Positions 50,401 through 63,870 of a stretch of 64,000 bases of DNA are shown here, one piece after another. Below the pieces are notes generated by a model. It saw only the letters and a list, made by a program, of their open reading frames with translations, searched no databases and was not told the DNA's origin. The DNA comes from Takakia lepidozioides (taxonomy: Eukaryota; Plantae; Bryophyta). The stretch is from positions 60,264,001-60,328,000 of the forward strand of contig CM060734.1 in NCBI GenBank assembly GCA_030704615.1, written 5' to 3'. The number at the start of each line of letters is the position of its first letter. The stretch's first letter is position 1. The position numbers and the translations under genes are program-made.

Positions 50401-51674
50401 TCAAGGATTATTTGAGCAATGATTGGGCCAGACACTATTATAGGAGACTTTGCGGTAGTACCTTGTAATCTTTTCATCTCCTCTACCAGTGCGTTGTACA
50501 TTATGTCCGCCCATTGTACCTCTCGTCCCTTCAGGCCTTTGAGTATTTCCTCCGTGAAGGATCTGCTCAAATACTGTTGGTTCTGTTTCATGGCAATCAG
50601 AACGTTCAATACCTGGCCTACCTCTTTTAACCCTGGGTACACAGCCTTGGTACAAGCATAACCTTGAATTTTAAAGAAACTCCCTTCTTGGAATAAGTCC
50701 TCTATTTGCAGTCTTGCCCTGTGTTGCTCCACATGCACCTGACCTGTTGGCAATCGAAACAATTGCTGGAGGTATAGGGGAGTAATCATTAATTCAACTC
50801 CCTTCACCGTTGTTGTTCCTGTCCTTGGCTCAAAGTTCTGCAAAAATTGTAACATGTATTGTCTATGGTGTAGTGTCCAATCTAGGCTTTGCAATCCTTG
50901 CAATCTCAGCTCCTCCAGTATCTGTATCGCCTGTGGGGTAGCAATCGTTTGTTTATGCAGAATTGTGGTGCTCTTCACCCTGATTTCCTCCATTCCTCTC
51001 ACTCTCTTCATTTTAGACTCACAGAACTGTTTTGGCTGTAACAACTGCAGGAATGCCTGTAGTGCACAAAGCATAAACGTATGGTTGCCGCAGAAAGCTA
51101 TGGGTAATTTCTTGTAAGCCTGCGGGGCTTGCAAGCATCGCTCAAGAGAAAAGCTTCGCTCTGTCCTTTCGTGTCTATGCCACTGCGTAAGTAATATTGC
51201 GAGCGTATAGTCTGTTAGTTCCTCCATAGTTTCCAAGGTATAGCATTGATGGTTTGTCCTGTCGAGACGCCCGTTACTCAGAACGACGCCGCCTCTTGCG
51301 CTCAATTTCCCTCCATTTTCTTGATCCTTTCTCTGGTTTTCTATTGGCTGTATCCGCTGTGACTGGATTTTAGATTTTATCTTCTTTAGTGGACTTTCCC
51401 TGTTGGATAGTCCACTAGGATCACACATGTGACAAGAATTCCGCTTTTCTGTACTTGCCGTTCGTTCCGTTTCCCTTTTTCCGTACTCATTAATGGACCC
51501 GCCTTTCATCCCTTTTGACGGCCGTTCTTGTCCTCTTTCTTTTTGACACCTGTTCTTGCACTTCCTTCTTGGCTGTGTGTCGCGCCCCGACCTCCACGTG
51601 TCCATTTTTAAAGTAATTTCCGTTTCCTCTTCCGTCAGCCATTTTCTTGAAGTTATTATGTGTCCACTTGTCAC
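47466..51674 (-). CDS. Long frameshifted accessory ORF: plant-transposon-protein-like domain, coiled coil and an unknown C-terminal domain
   Basis: MLQFLQNFEPRTGTTTVKGVELMITPLYLQQLFRLP...GREVQWADIMYNAL resembles Athila/'putative plant transposon protein' domains. Heptad-rich Q/E/K region at 48700-49600. No RT or INT motifs. Confidence 0.65.
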
Positions 51675-51699
51675 TGATTCTATGGATCGTGTAACTTTA

Positions 51700-52005
51700 G
51701 TAGGCTGTGTTGAGCTGTGACAGGCTGTGTCATACTGTGTTACGCTGTGATAGGTTGTGATGCACTGTGGTAAGCTGTGATAGGCTGTGACACGCTGTGG
51801 TAGGTTGTGATAGGCTGTGTTGCGCCGTGCTGGGCTGTGATAGGCTGTGTTGCGCCTTGCTGGGCTGTGATAGGCTGTGTCACGTCGTGATGGGCTGTGA
51901 TAGGCTGTGTTGCACCGTGCTGGGCTGTGATAGGCTGTGTCACGTCATGATGGGCTGTGATAGGCTGTGTTGCGCCTTGCTGGGCTGTGATAGGCTGTGT
52001 CACGT
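51700..52005. repeat. 30-bp tandem array (gataggctgtgttgcgccgtgctgggctgt and variants)
   Basis: Periodicity is directly visible; translates as repeated TQPITAQHGA / TQPITAHHDV. Confidence 0.92.
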
Positions 52006-52970
52006 CACAGCCCACCACGAAACTCTCAACGTCAACAAGGTGCTCACTCACAAAGGGTTGTTACTCGGAAACAGTAAACCGTGAGGACACGGCTTTTTGA
52101 GGGGGGAAGGGGTAATGTTAGAGGACTGTAGGGGACTTAGACACTTATACGGGATCTGTAGGGTACCCTTAAATTTTGCACAGACTGAGACAAACAGGAA
52201 CCTTAGGGGTGACAGCAGCGCACTGTAGAAGGGGGTTACATAGCCCACACAGCCCACACAGCCCGTCACAGTCGTCACAGCAGACACAGCCCACACAGCC
52301 AGTCACAGCCCGACACAGCCAAACACAGCCAGTCACCGCTTGACACAGCTGTCACGATAATAGGGAACGAAGAGTAGGACAGGGAACGACTGTGGGGAAC
52401 AACACCAGTGAAGGGAACATGTTAGTTCACATACAAACGGTTAGAGAGGGAAACGGTTAGAACCGCGGATAGGAGGATAAAGGGAAGAACGGGGAATAGG
52501 AAGAGATCATTATTCGGGGAGGACTTCGGAGACAGGCGGGAGCGGAGATCGGAGAGCACGATGAAGGAGAAAAGAGGATTAGTAGAAGCTTGTCATATGC
52601 AAAGCTAGAGTGATATTGTAGAGTAGATTAGAGACATAATGGATTCGGCCTGATACCTGATAAATCATAATCTGATACTTATACGATACAATCACACTGT
52701 GTAGAGAGATCTGAGTGAAGCTGTGGATTGAATGGAGGAGTTAAGGAAACCGATAAATTGATGAAGCAAACTGATACTTAATTATCAATGGTAAGGTAGC
52801 AAAGATGAATGCGGAAAAGGAAACAAATAGGAAACACCCCCATGATACACTAGCTGTAGGTCATGACTGATTGTTCTGCGCGGGCTGAGTACTTAGAGAT
52901 TTCCAACTCTTCTATCTTGGAGTTTCCGCCTCGGATAGCGAAGGGATGGGTGAGTAAAAGCCGCGCGACA
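52006..52970 (+). mobile_element. Second-family 3' stub: PPT and LTR (52116-52970)
   Basis: Near-identical to 43497-44749 except for a shorter internal array. Confidence 0.9.
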
Positions 52971-53462
52971 CTCTCCAACCCCTTGATAGAACTCACATGC
53001 ACCATTCCTTCAAATACCTTGTAAGCACAAGAGCTCTCCTAGCTCTCTACCTCCTTACATACAAGTGCAATACTAACCCTTACACTTTGCACTCACAAGC
53101 ATAAGGTCATCTTCTTATAGTGATAATAGAAGTGAGCACAATGGAATCCTTCCACTCATGAATCCACTCAATCACATAAACTAAGTCAAGCCAAGGGCAC
53201 CCTTGCTAAGGGAATCCACCCTCACCACACTCCCTCTCAATACCTAGAGCTATGGAGGTGAGAGAGGCTCATGGAGGCTCAACTACAAGAAGATGAGCCC
53301 TCCTCATCCCTCACTGGAGGCAAACCCATCCCCATGTCCCAAGTGAGACTTGACACCTCACTTGGCTATGAAATGAAGTCCCAACACAAAATACAAATAT
53401 AAATTTTCCTAATGAACTAGACGTAGGTAATTCTAGTTAACCATGACTAAAACCATGACAGC
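52971..53462 (-). repeat. Diverged relic of the hairpin-rich B segment, related to the LTR of the DNMT-carrying family
   Basis: Shares gtcaagccaagggcaccc...ggaatccac, ggctcaact...gatgagcc, the cttgac loop and the terminal tgacagc with 31875-32112 and 59655-59936. Confidence 0.7.
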
Positions 53463-56400
53463 GTTGTCCACCTCGCACCTATAAAAATCTATCTTCACGT
53501 TTTTACAATGCAATGATGTATATCTCAGAAATGATCCAAAAGAGTCACCATGCGGAGAAAAATCATTTTCATTGACATTACACATCTCTTGCCATGCACA
53601 ATAAGGAAATGACGGGTACAAAGATATATCATCTTGTTATTGTAGCCTTGAGGAGTCTAAAGCGAATGATGCTCCGATTCAATCATTTTCTTCTACTCAT
53701 CATGCATCAATGTATCGTTCTTTCACAATTATACATTCAACTCCAGATCTTGTAGATTGAAACACAACTTGTAGGAAGATTGACCTTCTGAAATTTGGGA
53801 CCAGTCAAAATATTGAAGCACACAACTGTTGCAACATTTGTTTGAACAATTTGAAGTTCTTGTCTATCACAAATGATTCAATTAGAGCAGAGCAAGTAGA
53901 ACAATTTCACAGTCTCCCATTTTTTTTTAGTTTATTACATAATACCTTTGTAATGCTCAACGATGAAATCCAACACTTCGCGTGCTAGAGCCAAATGGTT
54001 TGTAGAGGCTACACTTAAATAACCATCTACAAAGTCACTCCAAAACTTCATTCCCGGTCGAGAAAAATAAGGATGATTTTTCCACAAAAGCATTGGAGAT
54101 TGACTTAAACATTCCCACAGTGAGAAGTCATCTTGTCGAGTCCAAAACAAAATATTGTAGTTCATCTTCATGATTATCACCACAAGGTCTTGCACCAACT
54201 ACATACAAGATCAATGTCCCTCCAATCTAATATAACGAGGCAAAAAATAACTCCCATATTGTAAGCCAATTGCTTCAATGGGAGTTCCAATGCCCACTAA
54301 TCTATCCAAACTTAATGGAAAATTATTGGGATTGAAAAATAATGACTTTGATCCTAGTGGAGATGAATGACGGCCCATATACATTCTAGCAACATGGCTG
54401 CTGGGGCAGATTTGTTCACAAATGGGTAAACCAAATAGACCCTACTTCCAAAACTATGGTACTCAGGACTTAAAATTGCTTCAACTTCTGCTCTTGCACC
54501 TCCCTCTTCTTTGATGGTTGGACTAAGCCTGTAGCAAGCAAAGCAGGAACAAGGACAAATATGGCATTGGGCAGAGAGAGAAGCCTCGAGCAATTACCTC
54601 ACCTAAAACTCGAATGCCCTCTGCACTGCCTGAAAACTGTGTAGTGACACTCTGCCTCCGGAACCTAGATTGTAACGCTGGGTATTGTAGTAGCTAATCA
54701 ATACAATGTCCCACAGCTATCTCCAACCTAGTAATGTGCTCCTGAATAAGCCCCCCTTCCATTGCTGTCATCCATTCATTTATCTGCCATTCGACTGAAT
54801 TTAGAAGGGCTCATCTTGAGCATGTGACATGTTATAAGTTTCAGATTCTTACTCTTCCTCAACTATAATTTGAAACATGAATGAAGACGACTTGTTCTTG
54901 TTGGGTTGCTTCCCGGCACAAAATTGATACACCTCCCCAGCCGTGATAATCAAGTCCCACCCCAGATATCGGCATCCGAGGCAACTATGTCCGTCCACTC
55001 TTCTTATTTCATCATTGTTATACTTAGGAGGGAAAAAAAGAGTTTAATTGAATAACTCAAAACCCTTGGAATTGGCAAATACCTCTCTAGAATATAACAA
55101 GGACAATATGTGTTTGCTATTACATTACCAAAACCCATTTTATTATGCTCCTTTGATGGTGACATAATAACAATATGGTCTTGGTACCTTGAACAAAATA
55201 CTAGTAGGCCAATCATTAAAGACTTGATATATACATCCATGGACCTTAAATTCTTTTTGGAATTTAAGGTACCGACTTGGGTCAGCTAGTTGTCCCCCTC
55301 CAAATATGCTTCTAAAGTCCCTAACACCCAAGTTTTGGATCTCATGGTTTGGGGACCTTGGTTGAGCCATATTTAACATACATCAAATGAATGAATAATA
55401 GCAGATTGAATTAAATACTCTCGGTTGCCTCTTTCCTTTATATATTCAACTTGCAGTTGATGAGTGACGAGCTCTCAACGGAATTGGTAGCATGGTACCA
55501 ACTGAGCTGTGATGCGGGGCCTCCGGAGTGACAGCGAGGATTGTGCCTCCGCATTCGACCTGGGGATGAACTTGGTATATATGATGCACACTTGGATACC
55601 CTTCCAACCAATATTCTCAGTTCATCCAACCTTGTGAAGAGGCTTTGCGACGCTTATCCTAGAAACAATGTGTGGAAACAGTTCTCGTGGGATGGCACTA
55701 ATTAGGGCACTTGTGGCAAGCACTTTGAGATAGCTGCAATGTATTAGGAGGGTCTCTCCTTGAAGTCTTTTGAACCAAATAATGGATTGTAACAGAATGC
55801 AGCATGGTTGCAGATGTAGGCTTGGTAAACTTGTCTAAGTGCCACATTCCTTTTATATTCTAGCCCTCGAGTCCCCTTGTCTTTTTGCACATACCAACAC
55901 TCCAAAGTTTGGAACTTTTCCAGAACATTATGTGATTGTTTTATGTGAAAGTTTAATGTAGCTGACTATTACTCCATTGTCACTAAACTCCATCCTTGTA
56001 AATCAAAGACAAGTACCTCAACTTAGAGAACTGTAATGGCTACAATATTTGGCACCCTATAGTCAAATTTATTCATTAAATTGTACAACAATAATGATAA
56101 TATGTTACCAAAGCAATCTAACATAAACTTTACAAATGATGAACAAGGGCTAATGAAGAGTGAGAGGAACTTGCTTGCATCATAGGTAAATCCTACAAGC
56201 TTGGCCAGCAGTTCAAAGAAGATCCTGGACCAATGAATTCACTACAAACTGAACATCAACACTCACAATAAATCCAAAAATCTACAAACTAACAAGTTTT
56301 CCACTCAACAACGATGCTCATGAGCAACTAACTTGTACCAACTTCAAATCATCTTGCGACTACAATAATCGACCAAGAAGTAGATGCATGATAGTCTTTG

Positions 56401-59400
56401 ACATGACAAAACTTTGTTGTTAGTTTCAAGAGGAGATGCATGACAATCTTGCAGAAATGGTGTTCATAGCCCCTAGTAGCTGTTTTTGAGGAGACACTTG
56501 CTTTTGTTGTATAGTCTTTTTGAAGAACACACAGACAGTGCCCAACCACTTGCAAGACGCAATGACATCCATAAATCAGTTACTAAGAATATAACAAGAA
56601 GAAAAAATAACATTTGCATGCATATACAAACAAGTGCTCTTAATGAGGCCACTTTGTGACAATGACCTAACAATATGGTCATAGCAAATAGCTTGCTTGA
56701 CACAATAGTATGTAAACAAATTAGTGAACATTGCCAAACTAGGCGGTCAACTATGGGCACGGGACCAAATCGTCATGCAAGACCTACTTTTAAATTTGCT
56801 TACAGTGATCTTGTTTAATCCCAGTTTCACCACAAATCGTCGACAATTAAGATACTGCAGCCAAAAACTTATCATGAGGACTCAGGAGAGGGAATGTCAA
56901 ACTTACATCTACAACATACCATCTCAGCAAAAAGATGCACGTGGGAACCTCCTTGGCCAAAGCGCTCCCAAGGTGGAACCCTTTAATTCCTTCACATTAT
57001 CTACCTTCTACATTGTACTTACATGCTCAAGATACTCTTATCAAGTTGTCAAGAAGATATTTGTACAAAATATGTGAGGAAGGAAGAAGAAGAAAAAACC
57101 AGTTGGGCGGGTATGACAATTGGGCATATTGAAGGGTCCGGGTAAGGCATCTTTGCTTAAAGCGGTATGGAGGCGGTTTATATATAATGTAGGGGTTTGG
57201 AATTGTGGCGGTTACAGGTTATCAATAGAAGGGTCCCCAAAAAAAAACTTTGGGGACATGGTTGTCGATAACAACCATGGGCTCAGTAAGTGGCGATATG
57301 GCCCTCGTCGGTTCCAACTCAAGTCGAGTCCACCCAAAATTTGGGTGGCGGGTCTCAATAGTATGATACCCCGATTATTACCCGGCCGGGTATATATATC
57401 AACATATATACCTGCCCAACACTGGAAAAAACCATAGAACCTCAACTGCAAGTACTAGGCCATAGTTTTGAACAACTACGATACCTAGTCTCGTAATTCA
57501 ATATCAAAATCATTTGTTGCTGTTTTTTTTTAAATCTCAAAACATTGAAGGAGGATGAATATAATTATTCCTCAGATAGTATACGAAAGGCTGGAAATCC
57601 AGAATGCAGCACAACAAAAATGCTCTAATTGTCAGGTTTGAGTTTAAGGTTATTTTCCAATTGCAACATTTATGTTTGAAACCACACTCCCCAGACTTGA
57701 TCTTGTATCCCTAGTCCCCATTGATTATAAATATTGATAACTATTCATGTCTAATATGTATTATTTGGAATAACTTTTAGCTAGGTAAGCTACATTTTCT
57801 TTAAGTTGTAGTTTTTGCTTCGTGCCATTGTGATGTGCTTTCAACATCATATTAGAAGAGATTGTCGATTTTATGTCTTAGTCGGTCAAGGTTTCATGAC
57901 TATTATGGCATTTTTGCATCATTTTTAGTTTCTCATTTCTTTTTGCAAATGCCTATTGAGGTTCTCAAGGCCTCTTGCTCAATTGTAGTTGATCTTCATA
58001 TTTAAATCCCTGCACTAGAGAGCAAGTGCACTTTGACGGTTTTCAGACTCACGCTATTTTTCTTCAGTCAGAGTTGCATCCCCCCTTAAGTTTCCGGCAG
58101 GGGTGTGCCTCATGAAGATCATATTGTTCTAGTGCAGCTGCACATCATAAAATGCAGTTTTTCCATATATAGCCTAAACTTGCTTGTTGATCTCTCATTT
58201 CGTGTATCTCTTCAACAATACATACGCTTTTACAGCCAGACAACAGTCAATTTACAAACCCATTCTAATTAGTTTGAATATCTACAACTTGTATTTTTCT
58301 ATTTTTCTTAAATTTGCAGGGACAAAAAATACTTGATATTCAATAACTCCCAGACCGCATGTCCAAAAATTATGAAACTGCATCCATGCATCCAAACTCA
58401 TCAAGGCTCTCCAAGAGTATCAAGAGCCCGGGTACGAGCCTTCCGGGTTGGGAGATTTCAATGATGCAACAAACAATATTATTGAGTGCCACTCGGATGA
58501 TTCTGGGGTCAAATCCTGCTACTTGACGGGTGTGGTACGCTCTTCTCCCCCTTCATTGGAGGTGTCCCATTGGAAAGCCTTCACGGCGAGGTTATTTTCT
58601 CCTCTCACTATCAAGGGCCCTGATTTGTGAGCTGTCGCTCCCAGGTGTTTCCATTTTCCTTTTAAAAAAAAATGTCAATATTCCAGAAAAACCCAATTTA
58701 TATTTATGACCATGTGTACAAAAAGACAACTGAAAGGCCAATCATTATTCCAAAGAAACCCAATTTGCTATTTTTCATGAATTCCTAGTACTGATAAAAA
58801 AACACTTGCAATTCCATATCACCATGGGTCCAAAATTTATGAAATTGCCTCGAAGCACCCCCACTCGTCGAGGGCTTTCCAACGTTAAACACTTCTAGAA
58901 TGTGGTACAATGTACCGATGACTCACGTACACTTTCGATTGTTGATACTCTATGTATTAATATGCCAGACATCCCGTTGTAGAAGAGTCATGACCTGAGT
59001 AACAGAGAATAGGCTGGTGGTGAGTAAGAAAATATGTCTTGGGACTACAATATCATATTTAGAAAGATGTAATATAAATGCTTACATGGCACATACTTGC
59101 ATCTCTTGCCAACACTTCTGGATAGCATTCTCATGAAATCAGGACAACTACAAAGATGAATGTTTCCCACAATGATCGATGTCATATGACCTATCTAGCA
59201 TAGCAAAACCTCAGGCGATGATGGTGTATACTGTGGGATTGCTAGTTTTGTACATAGAATGTGAGCAATTGGAGATGAGAAAACTGTGGCTGAGTGTTAG
59301 CATATTTTTCTTGTCATTATCGTAACAACGATAAAAATCCCTTATGCAATAGGTAACTCTACTATAGTTGCAGCAGCTGGCCGTTGTTGTCCATTGGACT

Positions 59401-59498
59401 TCATAATCGTGGTAAACTTGAATGTGACGTTATTCAATCTCACAAATAGGTCTTCGCAGTTTTTGTTGTCATTATTCCAAAATTATAGGGGATAACCC

Positions 59499-62400
59499 TG
59501 TCGTGCGCATACGTATCACTACACAACTACATCGCTGTCTAAACTACACCACACATATATGCACAATAAAGTAGTCTGCCACAATGATTGAAAACTAAAA
59601 TCACACTGTTGACACAGAAACACTCAATACAACACAATCACTCATTAAAATAGTAGTCGAGCCAAGGGCACCCCAAGCTATGGGGACTCCACCCCACAAC
59701 ATCCTATTCTCCCTTCATAAGTACACTCAGATTCTAAGCAGTGAAGGAGCTCGGTCGTGCAGGCTCAACTCGAGAGAGATGAGCCGCACGACTGACACGC
59801 TCGTGAAGATAAGATGGTTCAGGTATCAAACTAAACTTGACACCTGACTTAACACTTGAACTAAATCCAAGTGTTAAATACAAATAACTAGATTTATTCT
59901 AGTTAGTTTCACACTGTGTTTATTTAACTTGACAGCTGTCGTGCTCATACGTATCGCTACACAACTACATCGCTGTCCAAACTACACCACACATATATAC
60001 ACAATATAGTAGTTTGCCACAATCGCCCCCCTAGCTGGTGGATAGGTCCCTCTAACTCCAGATAGCTACAAGATGTAATACCACAGCCGTACTAAGTCCT
60101 CTATCACTGTCCTTATTGTACTCAAACTCTATAGACCAAGAGGCCGGGTACAAGTAGTAGCCCCATCGTTAGTCACCGTCTTGCAATCTGTGAACTTGAG
60201 CCAGGATCTCGTGTGTTCAAGGTCTCATAATAGCTTGGCCTTGCATTTCTTGTTAGCCTTCCATGGTTGTATCCACTCCCACTATCCAATGCAATGCGGA
60301 CATAACCAATCCCCATCAGGAACCATCTCAAGAGGTGGAGTCAAGCATCCCATATGCCAACCTCTAGAGCATCGATCACACACCAGCATGGTGGCTGCCC
60401 CTCTAGCAGACCCACACAACATGCACCTCAAACTTGCAGGTACCACTGCCAGGGTTGGGTCAATCCTGCCATCGACATTCGGAAGGTGACATGGCGCACA
60501 ATTACGCACATGGTCCTTCCAAGTTATGTCATCCCGACCCTCCAAGATCAAGACGCCTGAGAGCAATACCTCTCGAATCCTCAAAATACCACGTCCTGCA
60601 ATCACATCCAAGGTTGTAGGAGCAGTCTGCTGCAGATAGACATAGTCACCTGGGTTGAATCTCCGAACCACATGACGATAGCCCCCACCACGTATGGTAG
60701 CATACCTCAACGTATCACGATGCTGTGCAATGGCAAGGTTCTCGAAAGCCATGGCATGACTTTCTTGAACAACTTTGTATGCTGATCACATGCACGTGCC
60801 CACACGTCCGGATCGTCAAGGTTAAGAACTGTAGCAGCTTCTCTACGAATGGATGTAGGCAAATCCGGCTCTCGGCCAAAGAGAAGAAAGTATGGTGAAA
60901 AGGAGGCAAATGATGCTTGCTTGCTGAACCTGTAGCCCATGGCTAACCAGGGTAATTAAAGGTCCCAATCTCCTAGGTGTCCCTTCTGCAAGCTATACTT
61001 GCGCAAACCCCTCTTTGCTGTCTGAACAACCCTCTCTGCCAAGCCATCGGCCTTAGGATGATCCCGAGAAGTGGTGCGGTGGTCTACCAGGCCTTGTCAC
61101 ACAAAGCCTGAAACTCCCCTAAGAACTCTCTCCCTTGGTCCGTGAGTACCTCAGCTGGAGCACCGAATCGGCTAAGTACACAATCCAAGAATGCATACGC
61201 AGCTCCCTCACTAGCCTTATCAGACAATGGAACCAACTCGATCCACTTGGAGAAGTGCTCCACCATCACCAACACATACTTGTTGTGGCGCATGGTCAGT
61301 GGCAATGGCCCTGCGAAGTCAAGACTCCACCTGTAGCCCAATCCCATGATCGGAAGAGGGTACAATTGTGGAATAGGGGCGTTGAATGAAGCACGCACCT
61401 TGTCACACACCATGCACCTAGCCACAAATTGTTGCACCTCTGTGTGCATACCACGCCACCAATACTGCCCCTGCAGTAGACTATGAATGCGCCACACCTC
61501 AAAATGCCCCAACTCCTCGTGGGCATGCCACACTAACTGTGCTCGCTGTGTTGGGTGAGGCACAATGCTCACTCGACCATCCTCCCACACTCGGAGCAGG
61601 TGTGTCCCTTCCTATTTGAACCTCTTGGCTCGTTATAGGATCCGATCCCTCTCCTTGGCAGTCACAGTGGCTGCCGTGTCTCCAGTGCGGAGATAGTCCA
61701 ACACAGCTGAATCCTCAAAGAGATGTCTGCTGGCAATGCTTGTTGGTATCCACAAACTGTAGACACTGGAAACAAATCAGGGTACTGCTGCAGCAACTGT
61801 GCAACATGGCGCAGTGAGACGCGTCGTGCAGTCTCATCCCTCTCCACATACAGGTAACGTCGAACTCGTACACCTGCCTGCAGCACTGCAGCCAATCCAG
61901 TGCTGATCCTACCAAACAAGTCCAGAAGGCATATGCCTGCATGTGGGCACTGCCACACAAGTGGTGTGGTGTCCAATGGCGACAACTAAGGTGGTCCTAG
62001 TGCAATCACCGCATTCTCCTCCTCTCCTGACGGTACAAAGGCCTCTACCCAGGCTTGTTGCACTCGTCTATCAACAGCCCGCTGCAAATCCTTGCTCGTA
62101 CCCCACAATGGAGTGTGAGCAACCATGGCAGGCAACTCCGCCGTACCATGCATGTCATCCTGCTCTGTTGGAGGTGGCACATCCTCTGCATGGGCATTGC
62201 CCTCCAGCAACTCTCCAGGCCAATTAACTGCAGCTGTGAAGGCGGCTAGTGTTGGCATCTTGCCCCGCTGGGCAGCAGCAACACCCCCAATGAATGTCAC
62301 AGGGAGCTGTACATGACGACTATCCCCTGACTGCCATCCAGGCCTGTAGGATGCTGACTCCTCCCAAAAATCCAGGGTGAAGCCCATGGGATATAACACT

Positions 62401-63808
62401 GCCCCACCAACGAGGACATCGTAAGAGACCGCATCTGTCACGATGGCCTTGGCTCGCATCACTGAGCCATCTATATGATGATCTGGCTGTAGTCTAATGG
62501 CCAACTCACGCCGTGTCATGCCCTGAGCCTACTCTGATCCTCCCAGAGATGTCTGTATGTGGAAAGGACAAGGCTCCATATCCGCCTCCATGAGGCCCAA
62601 ACCTGCAATAGCAGCTCTGCCCAACATCAGTGGCTGAGCTCCCGAGTCCAACAAGACCCGCAGTGGCCGGTACCTCTTGCTTGCCGGTCCACTCAAAGAG
62701 AAAATGCTATCCTGGATGTCTAACAAGACAACTCCAGGTGTCACCATGGCGCGCTCAAAGGCTGGCCTAGCTGGCAGCTCCGTCAACCTGGCAGCTGCAA
62801 CTTGCCATGGCGCAGCCGTGGCAGTCTTGACCCTCAAATCCGAGAATTCCTCTGCCACTACACCTTCCACCAACTCCGCAGAAGATGAAGTGACCTCCCC
62901 ACTCTCGTAGAGTGTTGCTGCTAGTTTGAACACTACAGCTGGTCTTACCCCCGGCGTCGCGATCATGGTTGCCGAGAACAGTGGGGCTTGACACACAGAG
63001 GTGGCTGCCCCCAACAACATACTGGCTGCACTAGCCTTGGCAGCAGGTGTCAGTGCTGCACGTGTAGCTCTCCCCAATGGCACAATAACGGCCTCTGTAT
63101 CTGTCGGGCGAGAACTAGGTGCCATGGATGTCGTCGACACTGTCTCCCCTAAGATAAATGATTGAGGCAACCTAGCCTGACGGCTTGCCTCCCCACGTTG
63201 TGAATCTAACTCCACCTCTGCACCTCGTGGCTCAGGAACTCGTGCTGCTCCTCGAGTGACGGCTGCAGCAGACTCCACCTGCACTAGTGGTAGTGCTGCC
63301 CCACACATAAATCCCATGCCTCCCATGTCTCCTCCGTCAAGATGACGCTGCTGAGGAGGAACAGGAGGTGGACCCTTAGGTCTTGGAGCTGGTACCACCT
63401 GAGCTGTGGCCATGGTAGCAAGCCTTTGCTCTAGTTGCTGAAGCCAGTTGGCCATGCCTTGGTCAACGCCCTGACCTCCATGTCCTTGGTCATACTGTGC
63501 TTGCCCTCATCCTACACCTAGTGCCTGACCACCTCGTCCTCTCTGAGGTGCTCCAGCTCGCCCTCGGCCACCATTGTTCCCTTGGAACTGACCTTGCCGC
63601 AACTCAGGGTGCAAGTCATAACATTGGGCATCTCCATGCCCATACTTGTCACAATGCCCACACTGCAACTGTGCAGGCTGTGCTTGTGCCGGCCTTTTGC
63701 CACTCTCTAGGCAATCTTTCTTGATATGGGGTCCTCCACATGTCCAACATATCATCCTTGGTTGTTGTTGGCTTGCAAAAGATGCTACTGGCCTCTGCAC
63801 CTGAGGTC
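59499..63808 (-). mobile_element. Internally deleted copy of the DNMT-carrying Ty3/gypsy (gag-PR-partial MTase / INT-PHD-LTR)
   Basis: A-B-A LTR at 59499-60021 and PPT at 60024-60034. PHD and INT at 60282-61590. MTase motifs I-III only (61717-61940). PR and gag at 61986-63800. RT and RNase H are absent. Confidence 0.92.
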
Positions 63809-63822
63809 GAGGTTTACTATTT

Positions 63823-63870
63823 CATGAGCGCATGAGCGCATGAGCCCATGAGCCTATGAGCTCATGAGCG
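63823..63870. repeat. 8-bp tandem repeat (catgagcg/catgagcc) at the start of unrelated sequence interrupting gag
   Basis: catgagcgcatgagcgcatgagcccatgagcctatgagctcatgagcg. Confidence 0.75.

Larger units (their letters stand above)
46393..52005 (-). mobile_element. Second LTR family: tandem array, accessory ORF, PPT (47427-47444) and 3' LTR (47426-46393)
   Basis: TG...CA LTR preceded by a purine tract. ORFs 50019..51674, 49477..50037, 48443..49501, 47753..48433 and 47466..47933 tile one sense-strand frame. Confidence 0.9.

Noticed and set aside
51700-52005. CRISPR-like array, or Cys-rich protein ORFs (also 43539-43910, 46914-47366)
   Set aside because: These are head-to-tail tandem units without unique spacers. 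The ORFs are translations of the repeats.
53470-59490. Short ORFs and possible MITE/DNA-transposon remnants (e.g. similar motifs near 58360 and 58830)
   Set aside because: No convincing terminal inverted repeats, target duplications or protein motifs by eye.
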